Source: Bacteroidia bacterium (GTDB lineage: Bacteria; Bacteroidota; Bacteroidia; NS11-12g; UBA955). Taken from it: a stretch of DNA of 56,540 bases. Position numbers and translations under genes: made by a program. Positions within the stretch are counted from its first letter, which is position 1. Every line of letters begins with the position of its first letter. Positions 48,667-56,540 of the stretch are shown piece after piece. The notes under the pieces are model-generated. The model was given only the letters and a program-made list of their open reading frames with translations, did not search any database and was not told the DNA's origin. Location of the stretch: the NCBI GenBank assembly GCA_044357345.1, contig JBIKPR010000006.1:1-56540 (forward strand), given 5' to 3'.

Positions 48667-49406
48667 TTTTTATGATTCAATTCGTAGAGTTTTAAATATT
48701 TTACGGTATGATACCAAGCGTTGAGGTATGACCAAATAAAGCCTTCTTTTCCATTAAGGATATTGCCATATACAAAATAGTGTTTCATGAAATATATAGG
48801 GAAAGAAAGTATGCACAAGAGCAAAGAACGGCTTTTGCCTTTCTCTTTTAGTTTTAGTGCACCTGCTTGGGTATAGCTGTTGAATTTTTGAAAATAATGC
48901 TCAAGGTTTTTATAGCTGTAATGCAATACTTTGCCTTTTAGTCGCAAGGTCTTTCCTGAAGTAATAACTTTTTCATGGACCACAGCATCGTTAAAATTTC
49001 CTTTGTCTTTATTAAACAAACGAAGGTGGGGGTAATTGCTTTCTTTTCCATGTTTAAACACTTTTCCAAGGAACACATGTTGAATTGGTAATTCGTAAGC
49101 ACTTATTTCCTCTGATTCATTAAGAGCTAAAATCTCTTGTATGAGCGCATCTTCCATTACCTCGTCGGCATCTAGGTTTAATACCCATGGATGCTGTGTT
49201 TGGGAAACTGCGAATTGTTTCTGGGTTCCAAATCCATCAAATGCTCTTTGAAATACTTTGGCACCAAATGAGGAAGCAATTTCAGCTGTTTGATCACTAC
49301 TGCAATCATCTATTAGAACGATATCGTCACACCAATGCAATTTTTGCAAAGACCGTTTAAGGTTTTCAGCCTCGTTTTTTGCAATGATAATGACTGAGAT
49401 TTGCAT
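48663..49406 (-). CDS. Glycosyltransferase family 2 (WaaE/KdtX-like)
   Basis: AKNEA, SSDQT, LDADE, VHE, KYLKL. Confidence 0.92.
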   Translation of the reverse strand: MQISVIIIAKNEAENLKRSLQKLHWCDDIVLIDDCSSDQTAEIASSFGAKVFQRAFDGFGTQKQFAVSQTQHPWVLNLDADEVMEDALIQEILALNESEEISAYELPIQHVFLGKVFKHGKESNYPHLRLFNKDKGNFNDAVVHEKVITSGKTLRLKGKVLHYSYKNLEHYFQKFNSYTQAGALKLKEKGKSRSLLLCILSFPIYFMKHYFVYGNILNGKEGFIWSYLNAWYHTVKYLKLYELNHKK

Positions 49407-49436
49407 GCAACAAATATATTGAATTGAGTCGATATT

Positions 49437-51296
49437 TTAGATTTCAGATAACTCAAGCCAACGGTCGCTTTTGCGGCTAATCAGTTTGTCTAAATCTGCA
49501 ATTTCATCTGCCCATTGGGTTAATACTACATGGTCGGTTGTGCCGCTAACCAGTAAGGTTCCTAGTTCAGTTTTTCTAGATTCTAAGGATTCAATTTCCT
49601 TTTCAATGGTTTCAAGTTCTTTTTGTTCTTTAAAACTTAACTTCTTTTTTGAAACTGGAGCTTCTACAGCTTTTGTTTCTGCTGCTTTCGGCGCAAGCTC
49701 AGGAGTTGCAATAAGTTGGTCAGCTTCCTCTCTGTAATCTGTGTAGTTGCCATAGTAGTCGAGAATTTTACCGTTCTCTTGAAAAACAAAAAGGTGTTCA
49801 ACCAATTTGTCCATAAAGTAACGGTCGTGAGACACTAACAGCAAACAACCATCAAAGCCTACTAAGAAATCTTCTAAAATATTGAGTGTGTCGATGTCCA
49901 AGTCGTTGGTAGGTTCGTCGAGAATTAGGAAGTTAGGATTGCCAACCAATACCTTTAATAGTTGTAGCCTTCTTCTTTCTCCTCCACTTAGTTTAGCCAC
50001 TGGAGTATGTTGCATGGAAGGTGGAAACAAGAACATATCCAATAGCTTTGATACACTAACTTGCTCGCCATTACCCAGGGTAACATATTCTGCAATTTGC
50101 TTTACTTCTTCAATAATTCTATTGTCATCGTTTAAGTCATTGCTGTGTTGGGTGTAATATCCAATTTTCAAGGTTGGCCCATGTATAACCTCGCCACCAG
50201 TTGGTTTTAATTCACCAGTTAGTAAATCCAGTAAGGTTGATTTGCCTACACCATTTCTTCCAACCACCCCTATACGGTCGTTTTTCTTGAATAAATATGA
50301 AAAATCATCGACTAGGCAATTGCTGCCAAAGGTCATTGAGACATGCTCGGCTTCTATTATTTTATTTCCTAAACGGCTGGTGCGAACAGAAATTTCAATT
50401 TCTTTTTTTGATAAATCAACACTTGCTTTGTCTTTAAGTTCGTAAAAAGCCTCGATTCTGCTTTTGGATTTTGTGCCCCTTGCTTTTGGCATGCGGCGCA
50501 TCCATTCCAATTCTTTGCTCATTAAATTGCGCGCTCTTGCTACTTCAGTTGCAAAAACGGCTTCTCTTTGGCTTTTCTTTTCAAGATAGTATGCGTAATT
50601 TCCATTGTGAATATACAATTTGCCACGCTCTAGTTCTAAAATATGGGTGGCCACATTGTCGAGAAAGTATCTATCGTGTGTTACCATAATAAGAGAAATA
50701 TTATGGGCATTTAATAAGTTTTCAAGCCATTCAATTGCCTGTAAATCCAAGTGGTTGGTAGGTTCATCCAAGATTAATACATCGGGTTGTTGAATCAGCA
50801 ATTGAGCAAGTGCAACTCTTTTTTTCTGACCACCACTAAGGCTATCGTTTCTTTGTTTTAAGTTATGGATGCCAAGTTTACCTAAAATTTGAGCAGCTTT
50901 TTGCTCAAAATCCCAAGCATTAAAACGTTCCATTTCTTCTAAAATGTGTTGCATTTTATCGGCAGGATAGTCCATGTCAACAATGGCTTTTTCGTATTCT
51001 TTAACCAAATTAAGAACTGGATTGCTGTCGCTAAAGAGGCTTTCTTCTATGGTTTTATTTGGGTCAAGTTCTGGCTCTTGGGGAAGGTAGCCAAAGATTA
51101 AACCTTTGGTTTTTCCAACTTCGCCTCCATCTGGGAGTATTTGCCCACAGATAACTTTAAGTAATGTAGATTTTCCAGTTCCATTGCTTCCTACTAAAGC
51201 AAGTTTTTCGCCTTTGGCTAAACCAAAACTAATTTCTTTAAACAACCATCTTTCGGTGTACGCTTTAGAAATATTCGCCGCTGATATCAGATTCAT
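49437..51296 (-). CDS. ABC-F family ATPase (Uup-like)
   Basis: Two ABC domains (GSNGTGKST, GRNGVGKST, LSGG, LDEPTN), C-terminal KKKLSFKEQKE coiled coil; start reset to MNLIS. Confidence 0.95.
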   Translation of the reverse strand: MNLISAANISKAYTERWLFKEISFGLAKGEKLALVGSNGTGKSTLLKVICGQILPDGGEVGKTKGLIFGYLPQEPELDPNKTIEESLFSDSNPVLNLVKEYEKAIVDMDYPADKMQHILEEMERFNAWDFEQKAAQILGKLGIHNLKQRNDSLSGGQKKRVALAQLLIQQPDVLILDEPTNHLDLQAIEWLENLLNAHNISLIMVTHDRYFLDNVATHILELERGKLYIHNGNYAYYLEKKSQREAVFATEVARARNLMSKELEWMRRMPKARGTKSKSRIEAFYELKDKASVDLSKKEIEISVRTSRLGNKIIEAEHVSMTFGSNCLVDDFSYLFKKNDRIGVVGRNGVGKSTLLDLLTGELKPTGGEVIHGPTLKIGYYTQHSNDLNDDNRIIEEVKQIAEYVTLGNGEQVSVSKLLDMFLFPPSMQHTPVAKLSGGERRRLQLLKVLVGNPNFLILDEPTNDLDIDTLNILEDFLVGFDGCLLLVSHDRYFMDKLVEHLFVFQENGKILDYYGNYTDYREEADQLIATPELAPKAAETKAVEAPVSKKKLSFKEQKELETIEKEIESLESRKTELGTLLVSGTTDHVVLTQWADEIADLDKLISRKSDRWLELSEI

Positions 51297-51385
51297 TTTA
51301 TCTTGCAAAGGTAGTCTAAAAAAGGCAGTTTACTTGCCATAAGAACTTTGGTATTCTTATTTAATCTCTTCATTTTTGCATTTGT

Positions 51386-52249
51386 ATGGTAATCTATAAT
51401 CCAAAAGATTGGTGGAAATTAATTTTGAGCTTCCCCAAAAGTGATACATTCCGAATAATGTTGCCTGGCATATTCGGAATTGCAGTGTATACTTTTGTAA
51501 TTGTATATACAGAAAGGGAGCTTATACATGCCCATTTTAACAACACAACAACGATTCACGCTATGGTGGGTTTTGTGCTCTCTATGCTTTTGGTGTTCCG
51601 CACCAATACTGCTTATGATAGGTGGTGGGAAGGCCGAAAAGCCTGGGGAGGATTTGTAAACAGTTCTAGAAATTTGGCCATTAAATTAAGCGCAATCATT
51701 AAAGATGCCGATGATAGGAATACATTGAAGATTTTGATTCAGAATTTTATCAGTAGTAGCAAGTCACATTTGCGTTCGGAGGTCACTGAAAATGATTTAA
51801 TCGCCTCAGATAAATATTCTGTAGATGAAATTTTAGAAGCCAAGCACGTGCCCAATTATTTGATGAAGAAATTGGTGTTTGAATTAAATGGGCATTTAGA
51901 AAGTGGAAAAATGAGTTCAACCCAAATGCTTATGATCAATTCGGAGATTCAATCGTTTTCTGATAATTTGGGGGCTTGTGAACGGATTAAAAAGACGCCA
52001 ATTCCGTATTCTTACAGCATCTTTTTAAAGAAAATAATATTTATTTACATTGCTTCAATGCCATTCGGATTTGCAATGGAGTTTGGCTATTGGTCAATCT
52101 TTATAGTTTCTATGTTGTTTTATATTTTTGCTAGTATTGAATTAATCGCAGAAGAAATTGAGGATCCCTTTGGTAATGATGACAACGATTTGCCGACTGA
52201 TCAAATTTCAGAAGTAATCAAGCAAAATCTCGATGAAATAATGGCATAA
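51386..52249 (+). CDS. Bestrophin family ion channel (YneE-like)
   Basis: FRTNTAYDRWWEGRK, CERIKKTPIP, EIEDPFG.D.NDLP. Confidence 0.95.
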   Translation: MVIYNPKDWWKLILSFPKSDTFRIMLPGIFGIAVYTFVIVYTERELIHAHFNNTTTIHAMVGFVLSMLLVFRTNTAYDRWWEGRKAWGGFVNSSRNLAIKLSAIIKDADDRNTLKILIQNFISSSKSHLRSEVTENDLIASDKYSVDEILEAKHVPNYLMKKLVFELNGHLESGKMSSTQMLMINSEIQSFSDNLGACERIKKTPIPYSYSIFLKKIIFIYIASMPFGFAMEFGYWSIFIVSMLFYIFASIELIAEEIEDPFGNDDNDLPTDQISEVIKQNLDEIMA

Positions 52250-52313
52250 ATGGTTCAATTCCTTAACAAAAACAAAATATTAACGTAATTTTGCCCATTG
52301 AAATAAAGCTTTT

Positions 52314-54152
52314 TTGAAACGTCTAATTCAATTTTTAAAACTGTATCTTTTGTTTTTGGCTGCTTTTGAGGCCATCCGATTGTACTTTATTCTTTACCAT
52401 TATAAATTGTACACGGAATCGCCTTTCATGGTATTTCTGCAAACAGCTTTCAAAGGTTTTAGGTTGGATTTGTCGGCATCAGCGTATTGTTTAATGCCAA
52501 TTTTCTTAGTCTTATTTATAGAAAATATTTTCAGAAAAAAGAGCAATAAATGGATTTTAAGAACTCTTTTGATTTTTGAGTTCAGTTTGATTTTTGCGAT
52601 TGGGATTTCTGACCCAGAATTGTATGCTCAATGGGGTAATAAATTTAACAATCAGGTTTTGGTGTACATCAGTCACCCAAAGGAAATGGCTTTATCTGCT
52701 GGTTCGGCAAATTGGTTGAAAACAGTTTTGTTTGTGCTTGTTTTGTTGCCGGTTTTTTATTTTATATTGATAAAGTTGTTTAAGATATTAGAGAAAAAGA
52801 TTGATTATTCGTGGCAATATGGAACCATTACCTTTATATGGATGGGTGTGAATTTTATTTTTTTAAGGGGTGGAGTTGGTGTTGCAACCATTAGTCAAAC
52901 AAGCGCTATATATGCACCAAAACAAATATACAATGCCACTGCGGTTAATAGCTTTTGGAATGCTTTGTATTATTTGGTTAATGATACAAGAACTTTGTAT
53001 GGTGATGAATATATTGTGCTTGAACAATCAGAAGCGAAGAAGCTTTTTGAACTGCAATTTGAAAAGGCATATGAACCGTTTGGAATTAGCAATCAAGCAA
53101 AACCAAATATACTTATAGTCGTATTAGAGAGTTTTACGGCATTTGCTAGTGCGTATTATACCGGGGCAAATAACTGCACCCCATATTTGGATCAATTGTC
53201 GGTAGAAAATTTGAGTTTCATGAAATGTTACGCGAGTGGAGATCGCACTGAGAAAGGATTGTTGGCCATCAACAGCGGCTATCCTGCCCAACCTGTTTCC
53301 TCTTTGATTGTTTTTCCAGATAAAGTAAACGTATTACCTGGGTTGGGCAAAGTATTAAAGAAACAAGGATATCATAATACATTTGTATATGGAGGGGATG
53401 CAGAGTTTGCATCAATGAAATCTTATTTCTTAATGCAAGGTTTTGATCAGGTATTAGACAAAAGAGATTTTGATGTCACGTCTTTGAAAAGCAAATGGGG
53501 AGCCCACGATGCAGAGATGTATAGTAAGGCAATTGCTACAATGAATTCTACCCCTCAACCGTTTTATACAATGGCATTAAGTTTAAGTAGCCATGAGCCA
53601 TTTGATGTGCCTTTTGAATCGAACGATCTAAAAAAGGATGAGTGGTATAACTTAAAGAATTCAATTCGTTATGCAGATAAAAGTTTGGGTGATTTTATTG
53701 CCAACTGCAAAAAACAAACTTGGTTTAAGAATACAATTATAGTGATAGTGGCAGACCATGGTCATAATATAGGCGTCAAAGATGTTTATGGTTTTGAAAA
53801 AGAAAAGTTTCAGATTCCATTGTTGATGTTGGGTGGTGCATTAAAAGAAGAATTAAAAGGAAAGAAAATAGAGAATGTGGTTTCGCAAACCATTATTCCA
53901 TCGCTTATTTTGCAAAGCATGCACTTGCCTTTCAATGACTTTAAATGGCAAACAGGCGTTTTAGATTCAAATGGATTTGCACAATACCATTACAACAATG
54001 GATTTGGAAGGGTAAGCAATCATTCTGAATTTGTGTACGATAACAACGGTTTGTCCTCTGGTTTCAAGGGATTAAAATCGGAAGAAGTTAAAATTAAAAA
54101 TCAGGGCAGGGTTTTTCAACAGGTCTTAATTGATGATTTTTTGAAAAAATAA
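52314..54152 (+). CDS. LTA synthase / sulfatase-fold membrane protein
   Basis: 5 TM segments, PNILIVVLES, GDRT, SSHEPF, VADHG. Confidence 0.9.
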   Translation: MKRLIQFLKLYLLFLAAFEAIRLYFILYHYKLYTESPFMVFLQTAFKGFRLDLSASAYCLMPIFLVLFIENIFRKKSNKWILRTLLIFEFSLIFAIGISDPELYAQWGNKFNNQVLVYISHPKEMALSAGSANWLKTVLFVLVLLPVFYFILIKLFKILEKKIDYSWQYGTITFIWMGVNFIFLRGGVGVATISQTSAIYAPKQIYNATAVNSFWNALYYLVNDTRTLYGDEYIVLEQSEAKKLFELQFEKAYEPFGISNQAKPNILIVVLESFTAFASAYYTGANNCTPYLDQLSVENLSFMKCYASGDRTEKGLLAINSGYPAQPVSSLIVFPDKVNVLPGLGKVLKKQGYHNTFVYGGDAEFASMKSYFLMQGFDQVLDKRDFDVTSLKSKWGAHDAEMYSKAIATMNSTPQPFYTMALSLSSHEPFDVPFESNDLKKDEWYNLKNSIRYADKSLGDFIANCKKQTWFKNTIIVIVADHGHNIGVKDVYGFEKEKFQIPLLMLGGALKEELKGKKIENVVSQTIIPSLILQSMHLPFNDFKWQTGVLDSNGFAQYHYNNGFGRVSNHSEFVYDNNGLSSGFKGLKSEEVKIKNQGRVFQQVLIDDFLKK

Positions 54153-54171
54153 TGTACTTTCGTGAAATAAA

Positions 54172-54393
54172 ATGCGATTTTCTGATTGGTCACATAAAAA
54201 GTGGTTTTCATGGATATTGATAGCGGTATTGCTAGTTTCTAATGTAATTTCGTACCGTATAGCCAATAATTATTTTTCAAGAATTAGCCCAAATGATACA
54301 GAAGAGGTTAGGGTAGAAAGCAGCATGTTGGGTAGTGGTGCCAAAGTAATTGATTGGGCAAAAGAAATACTTCGTTTTTTTAGAAATCCATAG
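54172..54393 (+). CDS. Small single-TM hypothetical protein
   Basis: TM segment; own TACTTTCG promoter-like element; stop codon abuts the kinase ATG. Confidence 0.65.
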   Translation: MRFSDWSHKKWFSWILIAVLLVSNVISYRIANNYFSRISPNDTEEVRVESSMLGSGAKVIDWAKEILRFFRNP

Positions 54394-55458
54394 ATGAAAC
54401 CTGTAATTAATCGGTTTTTTTCAGACGCCATCAAGGGCTTTAACCATTATAAAATATACCATTTTATATTTTGGTTAATTTATATTGGTTTTTGGTCTGT
54501 TTTAATCGGCTCAGATGTTTCATGGAGACAAGCCATTGTAAGTGCTTGGGTGTTTATTTTCTTTCACATTTTGGTCAGTTATTTTAACAATTACTTTTTG
54601 ATTGAGTGGTTTTTGTTTAGGAGACAATACATTGCATATTTTTTAAGTTTATTTTTATCGATACTGTTGGTGTGTTTTCCATTGGCCATTGCCTCGTATT
54701 TATATGTGCCATTGACCGAGGAGAGTATAGCCAATATTTGGACACTGCAATTTTTTATTTATAATTTCTTAACGATTCTGTTTACGGTCTTGTTAACGGC
54801 TTCAATTAAATTGTTTAGGAACTGGTTTTTGAAAGAGCAAACCAATAAAGAACTGCAGAAATTAAATATTGAAAATGAACTGCGTTTTTTAAAGTCACAG
54901 ATCAATCCCCATTTCTTATTTAACAATTTAAATAATTTATATGCCCTGACTCTAAAAAATTCGGAATTGGCGCCAGATGCTGTCTTGAAGCTCTCAAATA
55001 TTTTGCGCTTTGGTTTGTATGAAAGTCAGAAACAAAAAGTGCCTATTGAGGATGATATTCAATTTGTTCGCGATTACATCGAATTGGAAAAGTTGCGTTT
55101 AGGCGATAGGACCGACATTCAATTGGATGTGGAAGGCAGTACTTTTGGCAAAATGATAGAACCTTTTCTTTTCATTAACTTTATTGAAAATGCATTTAAA
55201 CACGGGGCAAATCCCAGTTTAGGTAAATCGTATATTCATATTAAGTATTTGATTGATACCCAAAACCACCAATTAATTTTCAGTATTTCAAACAATAAGC
55301 CGGGGGCATTAAACAATTTGGACAAAGACAAAGTTGGAGGAATTGGTCTGAAAAATGTGCAAACCCGTCTGAATATTTTGTATCCTGCTAAACACGAACT
55401 TAACATTGTTGACGATAAAGAAAACTATTCAGTTACCCTAATTTTACAGACAGTATGA
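54394..55458 (+). CDS. LytS-like sensor histidine kinase
   Basis: 4 TM segments, LKSQINPHFLFN, FIENAFKHG, GIGLKNV. Confidence 0.95.
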   Translation: MKPVINRFFSDAIKGFNHYKIYHFIFWLIYIGFWSVLIGSDVSWRQAIVSAWVFIFFHILVSYFNNYFLIEWFLFRRQYIAYFLSLFLSILLVCFPLAIASYLYVPLTEESIANIWTLQFFIYNFLTILFTVLLTASIKLFRNWFLKEQTNKELQKLNIENELRFLKSQINPHFLFNNLNNLYALTLKNSELAPDAVLKLSNILRFGLYESQKQKVPIEDDIQFVRDYIELEKLRLGDRTDIQLDVEGSTFGKMIEPFLFINFIENAFKHGANPSLGKSYIHIKYLIDTQNHQLIFSISNNKPGALNNLDKDKVGGIGLKNVQTRLNILYPAKHELNIVDDKENYSVTLILQTV

Positions 55459-56174
55459 GCAAAATTTTAAAATGCATGGCTATCGACGATGAGCCATTGG
55501 CACTAGAGGTTATGGAAGCGCACATCAAAAAATGCGACAACCTAAAACTAATCGCTAAGTGTTCAAATGCAATTGAGGCTTCTGAAGCCATTCAGAACGA
55601 AAAACCAGATTTGATATTCTGTGACATCCACATGCCAGAAATCAGTGGTATTGATTTTATGAAATCACTCCAAAACAGTGGGATTCTTGTGGTGTTTACA
55701 ACTGCTTACACCGAATATGCAGTTGATGCATTTACTTTAGATGCCCTAGACTATTTGTTGAAGCCAGTATCTTTCGATCGTTTTAAACGTTCGGTTGACC
55801 GTGCAGAGGAGTACTTCTCAATTAAAGATAAAACAGAGCAACCACAAGCGGAAATGAACGATGGATTTATGTTCGTGAAAGCCGATTCTAAGATGATTAA
55901 AATTAACTATGACGAAATTTGGTATGTTGAAGCTTTTGCTGATTATGTTAAAATTTACATTTCAGAAGATAAACGTATTGTTACTTTGCAAACCATGAAA
56001 AATATGGAGCAAAGCTTGCCTGCCAATAAATTTGCTCGTGTTCACAGAAGTTATATTGTTGCAACCAATAAGGTTTTAGCAATTGGAGCACACGAGGTAA
56101 AAGTAGGCAACAAAAATATTCCATTAGGCAAGAACTATAAAGATGCATTTGCACAAAGAATGCAAATTAAATAA
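55455..56174 (+). CDS. LytTR family response regulator
   Basis: DDEPLA, DIHMP, DYLLKP, FARVHRSYIV. Confidence 0.96.
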   Translation: MSKILKCMAIDDEPLALEVMEAHIKKCDNLKLIAKCSNAIEASEAIQNEKPDLIFCDIHMPEISGIDFMKSLQNSGILVVFTTAYTEYAVDAFTLDALDYLLKPVSFDRFKRSVDRAEEYFSIKDKTEQPQAEMNDGFMFVKADSKMIKINYDEIWYVEAFADYVKIYISEDKRIVTLQTMKNMEQSLPANKFARVHRSYIVATNKVLAIGAHEVKVGNKNIPLGKNYKDAFAQRMQIK

Positions 56175-56191
56175 TTAAAATTGATTCCAAT

Positions 56192-56225
56192 AAAAAAGTC
56201 CTAGCGTATAACTAGGACTTTTTTT
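56192..56225. terminator. Bidirectional intrinsic terminator
   Basis: AAAAAAGTCCTAG / CTAGGACTTTTTT. Confidence 0.85.
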
Positions 56226-56246
56226 ATGCACTGGGTGTGCTTAGTC

Positions 56247-56540
56247 TTATCTAATCAGTGAAATCATACCACTGTAGTAGTGCCATTTTTTGCGGTTGTC
56301 TCTCACTTTGATGTGGTAATAGTATACACCTTCTTGGCAATCAACGCCATTGTAGGTTCCATCCCAACGCCCTGTGTTGTCTCCGTTGTAGTATATTCTT
56401 TCGCCCCAACGGTTGAAAATATTTAATTCTAATGATATGATTGATGTGAATTTAGGCTCCCAAGCGGTGTTAAATTCATCTTTGTTTGGACTGAATGCAT
56501 TTGGAATGAAGATTCTATAGATATCTAAAACACGAAGCTT
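56247..56540 (-). CDS. Partial gene: T9SS type B (gliding-motility-associated) CTD, 3' end only
   Basis: Hand translation: IFIPNAFSPNKDEFN...IFNRWGE...WDGTYNG...EGVYYY...ISLIR*. Confidence 0.9.
   Translation of the reverse strand, partial: KLRVLDIYRIFIPNAFSPNKDEFNTAWEPKFTSIISLELNIFNRWGERIYYNGDNTGRWDGTYNGVDCQEGVYYYHIKVRDNRKKWHYYSGMISLIR

Overview
AT-rich Bacteroidota chromosomal segment. The assignment rests on many TAnnTTTG -7 promoters, T9SS cargo C-terminal domains and Bacteroidota-type cox genes. Most of it is housekeeping: tRNA-Arg(CCG), a DUF2130-mnmH-META-selD selenouridine cluster, era, rlmN, carA, eno, a full heme-copper (aa3-type) oxidase and assembly cluster, ridA, four tandem DUF1573 genes, rsmA-mgtE, a persulfide dioxygenase/rhodanese/HMA/thioredoxin cluster, an orphan WYL regulator, DegT-ugd-UDP-GlcA decarboxylase, an ECF sigma with an envelope-spanning anti-sigma-like partner, ABC-F, and a LytS/LytTR pair. 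I saw no integrase, transposase, cas gene or CRISPR array. The most unexplained DNA is 170-2390. It holds a structured ~120-140 bp tandem repeat array behind the tRNA, a lipoprotein gene bracketed by copies of the repeat, and a ~240 nt folded element. Other points of interest are matching Crp/Fnr-type operators linking distant sulfur-transfer genes, sigma54-like promoters on the DUF1573 array, a 97-aa insert in CoxB, and two small membrane ORFs missing from the ORF track. All family calls come from motif recognition by eye; no searches were run.
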